Source of the DNA: Promethearchaeota archaeon
GTDB lineage: Archaea > Asgardarchaeota > Lokiarchaeia > Sigyniarchaeales > SOKP01
Length of the DNA: 64,000 nt
Reading direction: 5' to 3'
Assembly: GCA_016839555.1 (NCBI GenBank)
Contig: JAEOUA010000002.1
Coordinates: 26,369 to 90,368 of the forward strand
In this document: piece by piece, positions 52,385-62,598 of the stretch
How the letters are laid out: each line of letters starts with the position of its first letter
Position numbering within the stretch: position 1 is the first letter of the stretch
Notes under the pieces: generated by a model
What the model was told of the DNA's origin: nothing
The model's database searches: none
Seen by the model: only the letters and a program-made list of their open reading frames with translations
Translations under genes and position numbers: made by a program

Positions 52385-53260
52385 TTAGTCAAAAAGCTTT
52401 ATGTTTTTCTCTTTTACGATTTTTTTGAATTGGAAACTCTGATAAGCTGATGCAAAACTTTCCGTGGCATCTTCAATTGCTCCATAAAAAATAAAATTTG
52501 AATACCATGTTGCGACAAACATAATACTTGCTCTTCTAAATTTAGTGTGAAATTTTTTATTCAATCGAGGAGAGGAATATTTAAATAAAAAGAGATTTGG
52601 AGCAGTCCCAACAGGTAAATTTAATGATTGACATATTAATTTTTGTGTTTCTAGAATATGGGCTAGGCTTTCTAAATCAATTACACCTCCATCAACCATT
52701 ATTTTTTCTATTCCTAAATTTTTAAGTCCTTGAATTAAACTTACATTTCCTGGTTGGTTTTTTGCCGTAAGATATGCATACCGCTGCGTGGAGGTCATAT
52801 TTTCCGAGCTAAGCATTAATACTACAAGGCTTTCGATATGATATTTCTTAAGAAGTTCAAGCTCTTTTTTATTTTTCAAATTGGTAATGGCATTATATAT
52901 ATATTCTGCTGGTTTTATACCCCTCTCATATAAATATTGGATTCCTGCTATTCGGGTTTCAAGGGTACCACCCAAAACAAAAGGGGTTTCATAATTATCC
53001 AAGTAGAACTCTAAATATTTTATCATGGCATTCGCATTACTTGCTGAGATTTCAATCATAGCCGGAATTTTATATTGGGAAGCTAACTTTTTTTGATTCT
53101 CTATTCTTTTTTTTGCCTTTTGTTCATCAAATCTTTCTGGATTTTCTTTCTCGACTAAAGTTTGTCCATCATAAAACATTGTCCCAATTAAAACTGGAGG
53201 TAAATTAAAATGACCTCGACCAATTTTCACATTTTTAATATTATAAGCTGAGTTGGTCAT
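52385..53260 (-). CDS. Divergent MtrH-like protein
   Basis: PPVLIGTMFY, FDEQKA, IYNAI, VD.GV, LPVG, NFIFYGAI. Confidence 0.75.
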   Translation of the reverse strand: MTNSAYNIKNVKIGRGHFNLPPVLIGTMFYDGQTLVEKENPERFDEQKAKKRIENQKKLASQYKIPAMIEISASNANAMIKYLEFYLDNYETPFVLGGTLETRIAGIQYLYERGIKPAEYIYNAITNLKNKKELELLKKYHIESLVVLMLSSENMTSTQRYAYLTAKNQPGNVSLIQGLKNLGIEKIMVDGGVIDLESLAHILETQKLICQSLNLPVGTAPNLFLFKYSSPRLNKKFHTKFRRASIMFVATWYSNFIFYGAIEDATESFASAYQSFQFKKIVKEKNIKLFD

Positions 53261-53321
53261 TATATTAGGGTTTTCATAATAAATTAGTATGATAATGTTA
53301 TTTTTGTCTCTGTAAAAAAAT

Positions 53322-54512
53322 TTATCCTAATTTTAATTTTGTACCACAATTACGACAAATACTATTGTTTAATTTAGAAAAACAATCTTCATGATATAGA
53401 GCTCCACATACGGGACATCTTATGACCTCTTGATCTTTCTCAAATATCATATTGCAAACTACACATGCATTATATTGTGCTTCAACTCCCAATTTCATAG
53501 CTTTTATCTTTTCCACAAAAACTTCTTCCTTAGAGTCAGAATTAAGAGTTACATTGGTACGAGATCCAGAAAGCAGCTTTAATTTCTGTGCTTGAGTTAC
53601 TTCTTTAGGGATCTTTAATAGATAAAAGCAGTGAGGGCATCTAACAGTTCCCGAACGTTTTAAACGTTGATCATTCTGGGATTCAGCCCATCCTGCCAAG
53701 CAATGAATATGGAATGGTGCGTGGCAATTTGGGCAATATCTCCCAGTTATATAAAAGGAGCCTTTTGTAATAGGGTCCACATCCGAAAAACATATACTAC
53801 ATTTCTTGTAATTTTCTAGACCTTTTATTTGTTTTAACTTTTGTTCCATACTTTCGGTAAGATCTCTCACACGCAACAGATTAGCAGCGATGGTTCTCAA
53901 AAAATCAGGATTTTCAGCAGGAGATTTAAAATAAGGATCTTTCGATCCTATATTGGAGTGAGCAAAATCAACAGCTGATTGCTTTAATGTTTCTTTATCA
54001 TTATTATAATAATAGGTTCCTTTCGTAAGATCAGATAACCGCTTTAAAATATTCAAATGACTAGCCTCTCCTAAGCGAAATGTATCAATCTTAATGTTTA
54101 GACTCTGAGCCAGTCCAGCCATTTTTATTGGATCTATTGCTGTTTTAGTATAGTTTCCATCAGAAATTACCAGAATTTTCGGGATTGTTTCTACTAATTT
54201 TCTTAATTCTTCTATAATTATTTTAATAGATAAGCCTAACGCCTCACCGAGAGCTGAACCACCTTTAATAGTTAAGGAATCTAATGCTTTGAATATATGT
54301 TCCTCTGAACTCGTAAAATCGAGAACTTTTTTTACATTGTTTGAAAAGGTAATAATTGCAAATTTAGATGAATCTGTTGCTGCCCGTGTAGTTACAAATG
54401 TTTTTATAGCATCAATACTACAAATAAATCTAGATGGATTATAATCTCTTCGAAACATTGAGCGTGATGTATCTAAGCAGACTATAATTTGCTCTGGAAC
54501 ACGTTTTTCCAT
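53322..54512 (-). CDS. vWA domain plus two C4HC3 RING-type zinc fingers (Ssl1/p44-like architecture; putative E3 ligase)
   Basis: DTSRS MIDAS, ISDG; CSIC..CPNC..HIHCLAGW..CPHC; CVVC..CPVC..HEDC..CRNC. Confidence 0.8.
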   Translation of the reverse strand: MEKRVPEQIIVCLDTSRSMFRRDYNPSRFICSIDAIKTFVTTRAATDSSKFAIITFSNNVKKVLDFTSSEEHIFKALDSLTIKGGSALGEALGLSIKIIIEELRKLVETIPKILVISDGNYTKTAIDPIKMAGLAQSLNIKIDTFRLGEASHLNILKRLSDLTKGTYYYNNDKETLKQSAVDFAHSNIGSKDPYFKSPAENPDFLRTIAANLLRVRDLTESMEQKLKQIKGLENYKKCSICFSDVDPITKGSFYITGRYCPNCHAPFHIHCLAGWAESQNDQRLKRSGTVRCPHCFYLLKIPKEVTQAQKLKLLSGSRTNVTLNSDSKEEVFVEKIKAMKLGVEAQYNACVVCNMIFEKDQEVIRCPVCGALYHEDCFSKLNNSICRNCGTKLKLG

Positions 54513-54845
54513 AAAATTAATATATCCTTATAGTTCTATAAAATTAATTTTTATCTTGTTAATTAAATATTTGTATTATTTTCTAATTCTTTCTAAAAAA
54601 ATAATAAAATTATACCTATTATGTATAACTCTTACATTTTATTTATAATAATAAAATAAAAAAGATTTTAATATATATAACGATTTGTTATACTCACATA
54701 ATAGTACAAAAAATGTCTTCTAATAAAATAATATTAAAAAGTAAGATGTTTTTATTTATTATATTAGAATAAGGTGTTTAATTAATTACTATTTAATCTC
54801 TTAAAATAGTAAGTTATAATAAAAATTTTAGGGAAGGAATAAATT

Positions 54846-56048
54846 ATGTCTGAAAAAGAGGAATTTGAGAGAATTAAGGAATTTTTTAAAAGTAATGTTT
54901 CTATCAATGTATTATCAGATATATTAGATTTTGGACCAGAAACTTTATTTGGAATTGATTCCATTTCAGCAAAATCATTAAAGGAAGAAGGCATTAGAAC
55001 TATTCAAGATTTAGCGAATATTAATGAAACCAATCCTCCACAAATCGAGGGAATCTTGCCTCGAATGATTATTAAATGGGCAAAAATAGCAAATGTAGTA
55101 GAAAAAGTCATCCGCAAAGAAATTAAACAGCGTAAAAAAATAGTATTAATTGGCCTTGATAATGGAGGAAAAAGCTCTATACTTGCAGTTCTTCAAAATG
55201 AATATTCTAAATTGCAATCTCTTTTACCTACTAAGGGAATAAAAAGAGAAAAATTGGACTTTTTTGGATTTCCCATAATCTCTTGGGATCTAGGAGGGCA
55301 AATTCAGTATAGAGAAACTTATTTAGAACAACCAGAGCTCTATTTCTCAGGGGTTGATTTAATATTATATGTGATAGATGTTCAAGATCCAGATAGATTT
55401 GAAGAATCTGTTGATTATTTTAATAAAATCTTAGAAAATGTCGTAACCTTGGATGAAAAACCCACTATTCATATCATTATTCATAAAAGCGATCAAGATT
55501 TTAGAAAATATCTTAAGTGGCAGCAAAATGTGAAAAAAATTAAGGATCTTTTTAATCCCATCATTAATAAATACAATGAATTTGATACAAAATATATTGA
55601 TACGACGATTTACCAACAAGAAACCATTATGCAAATGCTGAGTGAAGCATTAAAAGAAATATCTGATACATCCAAAATTATAGATAATATTATGGAAGAG
55701 CTGGTGCTCAAAATAAAAGCCAGAGCAGCCAGCCTAATCTCATTAGATGGGTTAATATTTGGAGGCTTTAATATTAAAGAGAAAGACGATGATTTATTAA
55801 ACAATTCCGCTCTCCAATTTCATACCCTCTCAAATTTTCATTCTTCTATGGGATTAATCCATGAAAAGAAAATCCATTTTGAAATGCCATTGAATGATAT
55901 CACAATTCAAGGTGAAAACTTATTTGAATATTCAGAACATAATATCCCAGTTTATTTATGGATATTAACTGAAAATCCCACTTTAATTGGGGAACAAATT
56001 GAAATCTTCAAAAAGCAATTAGTCCCATTAATTCATATGTTTCTCTAA
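54846..56048 (+). CDS. Arf/Rag-like small GTPase with N-terminal HhH-like and C-terminal roadblock-like domains
   Basis: GLDNGGKS (G1), PT (G2), WDLGGQ (G3), HKSD (G4), TTI (G5); AASLISLDGLIFG tail. Confidence 0.85.
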   Translation: MSEKEEFERIKEFFKSNVSINVLSDILDFGPETLFGIDSISAKSLKEEGIRTIQDLANINETNPPQIEGILPRMIIKWAKIANVVEKVIRKEIKQRKKIVLIGLDNGGKSSILAVLQNEYSKLQSLLPTKGIKREKLDFFGFPIISWDLGGQIQYRETYLEQPELYFSGVDLILYVIDVQDPDRFEESVDYFNKILENVVTLDEKPTIHIIIHKSDQDFRKYLKWQQNVKKIKDLFNPIINKYNEFDTKYIDTTIYQQETIMQMLSEALKEISDTSKIIDNIMEELVLKIKARAASLISLDGLIFGGFNIKEKDDDLLNNSALQFHTLSNFHSSMGLIHEKKIHFEMPLNDITIQGENLFEYSEHNIPVYLWILTENPTLIGEQIEIFKKQLVPLIHMFL

Positions 56049-56121
56049 TTACTTTTTTTTTCTAAGATTTTTTAATCAATAAATAAGTAAGAACTAAATC
56101 AACTCATTTTATCATATCTTA

Positions 56122-56322
56122 TTAGATATCTTCATAAGCTTTACGTAAAAATTCAGAACATTTATCAATCATTTCAATGGCTTTTTGTAAATATTCAACA
56201 ACCTTATTAAGACCTTCTTCCTTTGCAATGGACTTCCATTTCTCAAAAGATTCTCGGTGCGAGTCATTATGTTCTGCCCAATGTTCAGTGAGCTTTTTGA
56301 GTTTTATAACATTTTTATTCAT
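56122..56322 (-). CDS. Small His-containing helical protein, possible metal binder
   Basis: HWAEHNDSH motif in a 66-aa helical hairpin. Confidence 0.7.
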   Translation of the reverse strand: MNKNVIKLKKLTEHWAEHNDSHRESFEKWKSIAKEEGLNKVVEYLQKAIEMIDKCSEFLRKAYEDI

Positions 56323-56430
56323 TCTATTTTACACTTCTTTTTCTTTATATAGTTAATCTATAATTCCTTAAGAAGAAAATCTAACACTATTTTTATTCTA
56401 AAATCCCTATAATATTTTAAGATGAATTCA

Positions 56431-57486
56431 TTATGATACTTTTAAACCCTTTTTAATGCCCTCCCAAAGGCCATAGAGATACATTATACCTAGAGCTCTA
56501 TCATATAATCCATAACCAGGACGACCAGTCTCACCCCAAATCATCCTCCCATGATCTGGACGTATAACGCCTTTAAAATTTGTTTCTATTAATGCTTTCG
56601 TTATTTCGTACATATCATTATCCCCGAATTTTGATGGATGCGCAGTCTCATGGAAACTAAATTCTGCAGTATGTTTAATATTACGTAAATGGGCAAAATG
56701 AATCCGTCCTTTTTTTCCGTATTTTCGAATTAATCTAGGTAAATCGATGTGTCTATTCGCACCTAAAGAGCCTACGCAAAAACTAATACCATTTGAAATG
56801 CTATCAACGCTATTTACTAACCGATCTAATGCTTCTTCATCTTTAATAATACGAGGTAACCCAAAAATAGACCATGGAGGGTCATCAATATGGATTGCCA
56901 TTTTTACCTTTGACTCTTCTGCAACTGGTACAACCTGTTGGAGAAAATATTCAAAATTGTTCCATAAAGTATTTTCATCAACTTTAGAATACTCATTTAA
57001 AAGATTATTTAATTCATCATGTGAATAGGCCGTAGCCCAACCAGGAAGATCCAGCGATTCCTTTCTTAAATCAATGTTTTGTAAGGCATTATGATCATAA
57101 CCGAGACTTGTGGATCCATCCGGATTTTCCATGGCTAAGTTTGTCCTTGTCCAATCAAACACAGGCATAAAATTATAGCATAAAATAGGTATTCCGACCC
57201 TTCCCATATTTCGAATACTTTGACTATAATTATCAATATATTTTTCTCTGGATGGTTTTCCTAATTTAATATCCTCGTGAACAGGAATACTCTCGATCAC
57301 AGAAAGTTCTAATTCATGTTTCTCAATTACTTCTTTAAGAGATTTCAATTTATTGTTCGGCCATATATCTCCGACTTCAATATCATAGAGCGCCGATACA
57401 ATTCCATCTACAACAGGGATCTGCCTGATGTTTTGAAGAGAAACTGGATCATCATTCCCGAACCATCTAAAACAAAATTTTACCAT
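56431..57486 (-). CDS. uxuA: Mannonate dehydratase
   Basis: FRWFG, ESIPVHEDIK, CYNFMPVFDWTRT, H.DDPP, RPDHGR, PGYGLYDRALG. Confidence 0.95.
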   Translation of the reverse strand: MVKFCFRWFGNDDPVSLQNIRQIPVVDGIVSALYDIEVGDIWPNNKLKSLKEVIEKHELELSVIESIPVHEDIKLGKPSREKYIDNYSQSIRNMGRVGIPILCYNFMPVFDWTRTNLAMENPDGSTSLGYDHNALQNIDLRKESLDLPGWATAYSHDELNNLLNEYSKVDENTLWNNFEYFLQQVVPVAEESKVKMAIHIDDPPWSIFGLPRIIKDEEALDRLVNSVDSISNGISFCVGSLGANRHIDLPRLIRKYGKKGRIHFAHLRNIKHTAEFSFHETAHPSKFGDNDMYEITKALIETNFKGVIRPDHGRMIWGETGRPGYGLYDRALGIMYLYGLWEGIKKGLKVS

Positions 57487-57602
57487 TTTTATCTTGTTTT
57501 TTTTCCTTTTTATTTCTAAATATTAATTTATTAAAACATATTATTTAAAGATTTAAGAATATATTCAATCTGTTAATGTGAGTATATATCCCTAAACGAG
57601 GG

Positions 57603-58457
57603 TTAAATACTATAAGCATTAAATCCCCCATCCACCGGAATTACCACCCCATTAACAAATCCTGAAGCATTCTCATCGATTAACCATAGAAGAGTTCCTA
57701 TCAATTCCTCTGGCTCACCGAATCGCCCCATGGGGGTTTGTTTAATAATTTTTTCTGCTCTGGGAGTAAAACTCCCATCCTCTTGTATTAAGAGATTGCG
57801 ATTTTGTTTCGTAAGAAAAAATCCTGGAGCTATTGCATTAACTCTTATACCAACTTTCGAAAAATGCACTGCCAACCACTGTGTAAAATTACTTACAGCA
57901 GCTTTAGCTGCGCTGTAAGCTGGTATTTTAGTAAGCGGCCTAAAAGAATTCATGGATGATATATTTATAATAATCGCACCCTCTTGATCTATCATCTCTT
58001 TTGCAAAAACTTGGGTTGTGAAGAGAGCGCTAAGAAAATTTAAATTAAACACAAACTCAATTCCTTCTTTTTTTAAGTCGAAGAATGTTTTGATATCATT
58101 TTTTTTATTTATTAAATCTTTTTTTAGAAAAAATTTGTGGGACGTAGTTGCTTTAGGATGATTCCCTCCCGCACCATTAATAAGTATATTACACTTACCA
58201 AATTCTTTTAAAATTTTCTCTCTTGCTTTTTCCAGGGAATTTATATCTAATACGTCCGCTTCAACAGCAAGAGCTGTACCACCATTATCATTTATTTTGT
58301 GTGCTAAATTTTCCGCTGCCTCTATATTAATATCTAATATTGCCACTCTACAACCACAAGCTGCAAGAGCTTCTGAAAAGCAAGAGCATAAGACTCCTGC
58401 TCCGCCTGTTAGCACCGCTACTGAATTACTTAAATCTATATTGAAAGGTATTTTCAA
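57603..58457 (-). CDS. uxuB: D-mannonate oxidoreductase (SDR type)
   Basis: TGGAGVL, NGAGGNHPKATT, PLTKIPAYSAAKAA, FTQWLAVH; adjacent to uxuA. Confidence 0.88.
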   Translation of the reverse strand: MKIPFNIDLSNSVAVLTGGAGVLCSCFSEALAACGCRVAILDINIEAAENLAHKINDNGGTALAVEADVLDINSLEKAREKILKEFGKCNILINGAGGNHPKATTSHKFFLKKDLINKKNDIKTFFDLKKEGIEFVFNLNFLSALFTTQVFAKEMIDQEGAIIINISSMNSFRPLTKIPAYSAAKAAVSNFTQWLAVHFSKVGIRVNAIAPGFFLTKQNRNLLIQEDGSFTPRAEKIIKQTPMGRFGEPEELIGTLLWLIDENASGFVNGVVIPVDGGFNAYSI

Positions 58458-58718
58458 TTTAAATTACCCACTTTCGCCTTAAAAATTATTTTTTTCTATT
58501 CTAAAAATGATTTAGATATTTTTTAATTTAATCTTAATATATTATAAAACCTATTACACTTAAAATTCATATTATTTAAATTTCGATGTATTCATATTCA
58601 AAATGGAGCGATTAATAAATTTTAGGTTGATAGCTTTTATTTTTGGTAAAAAACTTTAATAAAAATATAATATCATATAAACTATAATCAATTTCAATAT
58701 TCTAGAAGGTAAAATATA

Positions 58719-59606
58719 ATGGAAGCACAAAAAAAATGGTGGCTAAACCTCCTTATATATATTTTGTTTGTTTTTATTGTTGCGGTATCTGCGAAAGTTG
58801 ATTGGGCGGCTGAACATCCATCATCAGGATTTCTCTTCCGGTATTTTTGGCTGATTGTTTTACTATCATTAGGATTCGTATTGCCAATAGTATTTATGTA
58901 TCTTGCGGGAAATAAAATACGAGAACGAAATGAGGCAGATAAAAAATGGTTTATTATTTCTCTTATTTTATTTTTAATTGCCAATGGAATCCCAATTATT
59001 TTTTATGTGGTACTCGATACACCTCCTGGTTTCTTTTTATTTCTTCAATTGGCTCTTTTTGGATTGGTGCCAGCTTTTATTCTCCAACCTAGACAATTAA
59101 AAATAAGATATATAATATTAATGATTCTGTCTGCTGCTATTTTAATTCCCTTAATTGTCCTAGTCGATATTGCTATTGGATCAATATGGGCTAATCCCTA
59201 TAATAATTCTTTTATTGGAGATCTCCTGCCTAATCTAAAAACCGACAAGACGCTTTATTATTTATCCTTTTGGGGATTATTTTCGGTGTTCCTTTATTTC
59301 ATACTTTCTATTGGATGGAAATTCGGAGGTGGCACCAAAAGGCAAAGTTGGAATGTTTTCTTTTCAGGAATGCTTGTACAATATAGTACTTTAGAAGATT
59401 TCCTATACTACATCCTAAATGGTCAAAATTTACCAGGTGAATGGCCTTGGTTAGAAAATTTCGTGATAAATTTGGTCGCATTATTCGGGCACGTGCCAGC
59501 TGATTTTGATCTTTTCATTTTCTGTCTTATCATCAATATTATTGCTCTTTTTATACTCTTTGATGGGCATGGCTACCTTTATAACAAACTATTGCAGAAA
59601 TCATAA
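58719..59606 (+). CDS. Hypothetical polytopic membrane protein
   Basis: About 8 TM segments; LEDFLYY...LP.EWPWL motif. Confidence 0.7.
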   Translation: MEAQKKWWLNLLIYILFVFIVAVSAKVDWAAEHPSSGFLFRYFWLIVLLSLGFVLPIVFMYLAGNKIRERNEADKKWFIISLILFLIANGIPIIFYVVLDTPPGFFLFLQLALFGLVPAFILQPRQLKIRYIILMILSAAILIPLIVLVDIAIGSIWANPYNNSFIGDLLPNLKTDKTLYYLSFWGLFSVFLYFILSIGWKFGGGTKRQSWNVFFSGMLVQYSTLEDFLYYILNGQNLPGEWPWLENFVINLVALFGHVPADFDLFIFCLIINIIALFILFDGHGYLYNKLLQKS

Positions 59607-59651
59607 ACCACTTTTAATTTCCATTTTTATTTTTAGAAAAGGGGAATTAGG

Positions 59652-59762
59652 ATGCCTAAAAAAGTTTATAGACTAATTCAGACACTCAAGCAGATGACAA
59701 TTTGTGACCCTGCTTGTGGTAATAGCGGATTTTTAATAGAAGCACTTTTTAGGAACAATTGA
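59652..59762 (+). pseudogene. Relic of an N6-adenine DNA methyltransferase (motif I only)
   Basis: MPKKVYRLIQTLKQMTICDPACGNSGFLIEAL contains the SAM-binding DPACGSGxFL motif; stops after 36 aa. Confidence 0.7.
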
Positions 59763-59821
59763 AGCCATAGATGATATATTTGAAGCTTTAGACATGGAAG
59801 CTTTTGCTAAAAAGTAAAAAT

Positions 59822-60892
59822 TCATAGATGTTTTAGCATAAATGGATATATTTTTTCTCCACTAAATCTATGACCTTCTTTTTGTACATGAATTAATATA
59901 TTTTCGGGATGGTTGGTTTCCTGATAAGCTTCTTTGATTATCGGTATAGAGATTTTACTTCCTTTGTAGGGAAATATCTTATCTTTTTTCCCTATCGTAA
60001 TCGCTAAAGGGCGAGGAGCTAGAGATGCATAAACATCATATAGTTCAAGATATTTTCTTAAATCTGCAATATAATTACAACCACAATGATACATAGCTAG
60101 AATTGATTGATCCCAAGTGCTTAGATATCCAGAAGTAGCACATACTTTAATTCTATCATCAAAAAATGCGGCAAATAAAGATAATGTCCCACCGCCTGAA
60201 TGACCGATTATTCCAATTCTTTTTTCGTCTACATCATCATGATTTTCTAAATAATTTATTAATGATTTTACTTCAGTTATGCGTAACCCTAACATATCTA
60301 ATCCAATGAAACGAAGCCAATTAGTTCTTTGCCCCTCATCTTGAAGAAAAAGAATAAATTTATTCTTAAAAGATTCTCGAACCCCGCTTCCAATCCAATC
60401 AAAAGAAAGAGTTATTAATCCTAATTTTGCTAACTCAATTCCAAAATATTCTTTATTCTTGGATTTTTTAATTCCAACAGAATTGTAAATACTTTGATCA
60501 TGTCCATGTATGCAAATACAAGCGGCTGTTTTATGATCAAGATTTTCAGGAATACACATTAAAGCCGGAACTCTTAATCCGGGAATGGCCATTAAAGAAA
60601 ATTGTATAAATTTAATTCCATTTGATGTTGTTTCACCATATATTTTTAGCTGTTGTTTTTTAAGAGGCAGTGGTTCTAAAGTTGGTATCTTATTAATGAT
60701 TAATTCTCTAACTTGTTGTTTCCATGATTCAAAGCTCATTTCTAGTGGCTTTAATGCATAAGTCATTTTAGGGGGGTGTTCCTTTAACCATTTTGTAACA
60801 AAAGGCTGTAAAGAATAATTCAAGATGTTGTCTTTTCGATTAATTTTTCCTAGCTTTTTCTTCACTTTGGAAGATATTTTGAATGGGGACAT
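59822..60892 (-). CDS. Alpha/beta hydrolase (dienelactone hydrolase / carbohydrate esterase-like)
   Basis: HGH, GHSGGG nucleophile elbow, HCGCNY, APRPL, D.IFP, GH. Confidence 0.85.
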   Translation of the reverse strand: MSPFKISSKVKKKLGKINRKDNILNYSLQPFVTKWLKEHPPKMTYALKPLEMSFESWKQQVRELIINKIPTLEPLPLKKQQLKIYGETTSNGIKFIQFSLMAIPGLRVPALMCIPENLDHKTAACICIHGHDQSIYNSVGIKKSKNKEYFGIELAKLGLITLSFDWIGSGVRESFKNKFILFLQDEGQRTNWLRFIGLDMLGLRITEVKSLINYLENHDDVDEKRIGIIGHSGGGTLSLFAAFFDDRIKVCATSGYLSTWDQSILAMYHCGCNYIADLRKYLELYDVYASLAPRPLAITIGKKDKIFPYKGSKISIPIIKEAYQETNHPENILIHVQKEGHRFSGEKIYPFMLKHL

Positions 60893-61086
60893 AATAATTC
60901 ACTAATTTAATTCTTTATATTAATAATCTTTTCTTCTTTTAGATATAAATTATATTTTGAAATGGCATAAAGCCAAGCACTAAATTTTAATTTCAAGAAA
61001 TTTTTCTCTCAATAATTTTTATTTATAATTATAATAAACTTCATAAATCTGTAGAATATCCCAAAATTATAAAACCTCTCTAATAA

Positions 61087-62598
61087 TTAATGGTTATAAG
61101 GCCATGATTTAACTTTAAGACTGGTATCTGGGTGATATTTTTCTTTTCTTGCATCTTTTCTTTTATATAATTCACTTTTTTCAATATAATATTTCATCTT
61201 TTTTAATTCACTATAATTTAGGATTGATTCAGAGAAATTAGGCAACCAATCCTTCTGGTAATATAACATATTCATCATCAAAGCTTCTATTTTTTCTTCA
61301 TCTTCTATAAAACCACACATAGGATCAGCTAGTAATGCCTTAATTAAATCACCTGGATTTCCTGATAATGCGGCATCTACAACCAATTGCTGATTTTTTG
61401 CATGAGGAATAACCCACTGTTCAATTAGGTTAGGAAGATTCCCTATATTTACTTTATGAATCACTTCATTTTTGAAATAACAAGGAATTTCAATTACACA
61501 ATTATTTGGTAAAGAAGGGATAGAATTTGGTCCATTATTCAGTACATTACATACATGATGTCTGGGAATGTCCCTTTCTTTATCTTTAGCCATTAATAAC
61601 GCTTTTTCTATGCCTTCAGTTGGGCGTAAAAATAATTTAATAATCCAACTAAATCTTTTTCTTTTTAAGGCTTTGATCAATAAGTACATGAACATTCTTT
61701 CTGAATTAACTCTATACACACTTCTTAAATCAGTAATTTTAAATGGTTTATCCCAATGATTAAAATAATTATAAAATTCTGGTAAAAATTCAGCTACATG
61801 CCTATCCTCTACATATGTCAGATACCCCGTCTTTTTTAGAAGATAAAAATTAAATGGTCGACCAAACTTTCCTGATTTATACATATAATCTGCTGCTTCT
61901 CGTAATTTTGGATATAGATCTTCTCCACCATACTCAAACTTAGTTATCCAAGAAAAATGATTTAGACCACCATATAGAATTTGGAATTTCTTTTTGGTTG
62001 AAGTATTTATTTTACAATACTTCAAAACTTTTCCGAATTTTTTGGACTCTAAATAAAATAATTCATGACATAGTCCTACTGATTGTACATTAGGTGCTGC
62101 TTGATAAATACTGAGCATTGTAGTGCTTTGTGGGTTTGTATAATTTAAAACTAATGCATTAGGACATAATTCTTCAATATCTTTTATAATTTCAACCATC
62201 ACAGATATCGTCCTAATCCCACGAAATATTCCTCCAGGACCACACGTATCGCCTGTATTTTGAGGGATCCCAAACTTCAAGGGAATGTGAATGTCAATCA
62301 ATTCGGTTTGTTGTTTCCCGACAGAGATAGAAATTAACACATAATCTGCGTTAGGAAGTGCTATTCTTCTATCAACTGTGGAATGGATCTCCACCTCTTT
62401 TTTATGGAGTTGAACCATACGCCAAACTACTTCTTTTATCAATGATAGTGAATAAAAATCAATATCTACTAACCACAATTCAATAGGATTAAAATCCTTA
62501 GCGAAATCGAGAATATTCATTGTACAAGGAATAGAAAAACGAAATGACCCTGCTCCAATATAAACAATCTTATACTTACCATTAATCACTTCTATCAT
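61087..62598 (-). CDS. GH4 NAD+-dependent glycosidase
   Basis: IGAGS, GDTCGPGG.FRG.RT, NYTNP, GLCHE, GLNHF, DRHVAEF. Confidence 0.92.
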   Translation of the reverse strand: MIEVINGKYKIVYIGAGSFRFSIPCTMNILDFAKDFNPIELWLVDIDFYSLSLIKEVVWRMVQLHKKEVEIHSTVDRRIALPNADYVLISISVGKQQTELIDIHIPLKFGIPQNTGDTCGPGGIFRGIRTISVMVEIIKDIEELCPNALVLNYTNPQSTTMLSIYQAAPNVQSVGLCHELFYLESKKFGKVLKYCKINTSTKKKFQILYGGLNHFSWITKFEYGGEDLYPKLREAADYMYKSGKFGRPFNFYLLKKTGYLTYVEDRHVAEFLPEFYNYFNHWDKPFKITDLRSVYRVNSERMFMYLLIKALKRKRFSWIIKLFLRPTEGIEKALLMAKDKERDIPRHHVCNVLNNGPNSIPSLPNNCVIEIPCYFKNEVIHKVNIGNLPNLIEQWVIPHAKNQQLVVDAALSGNPGDLIKALLADPMCGFIEDEEKIEALMMNMLYYQKDWLPNFSESILNYSELKKMKYYIEKSELYKRKDARKEKYHPDTSLKVKSWPYNH

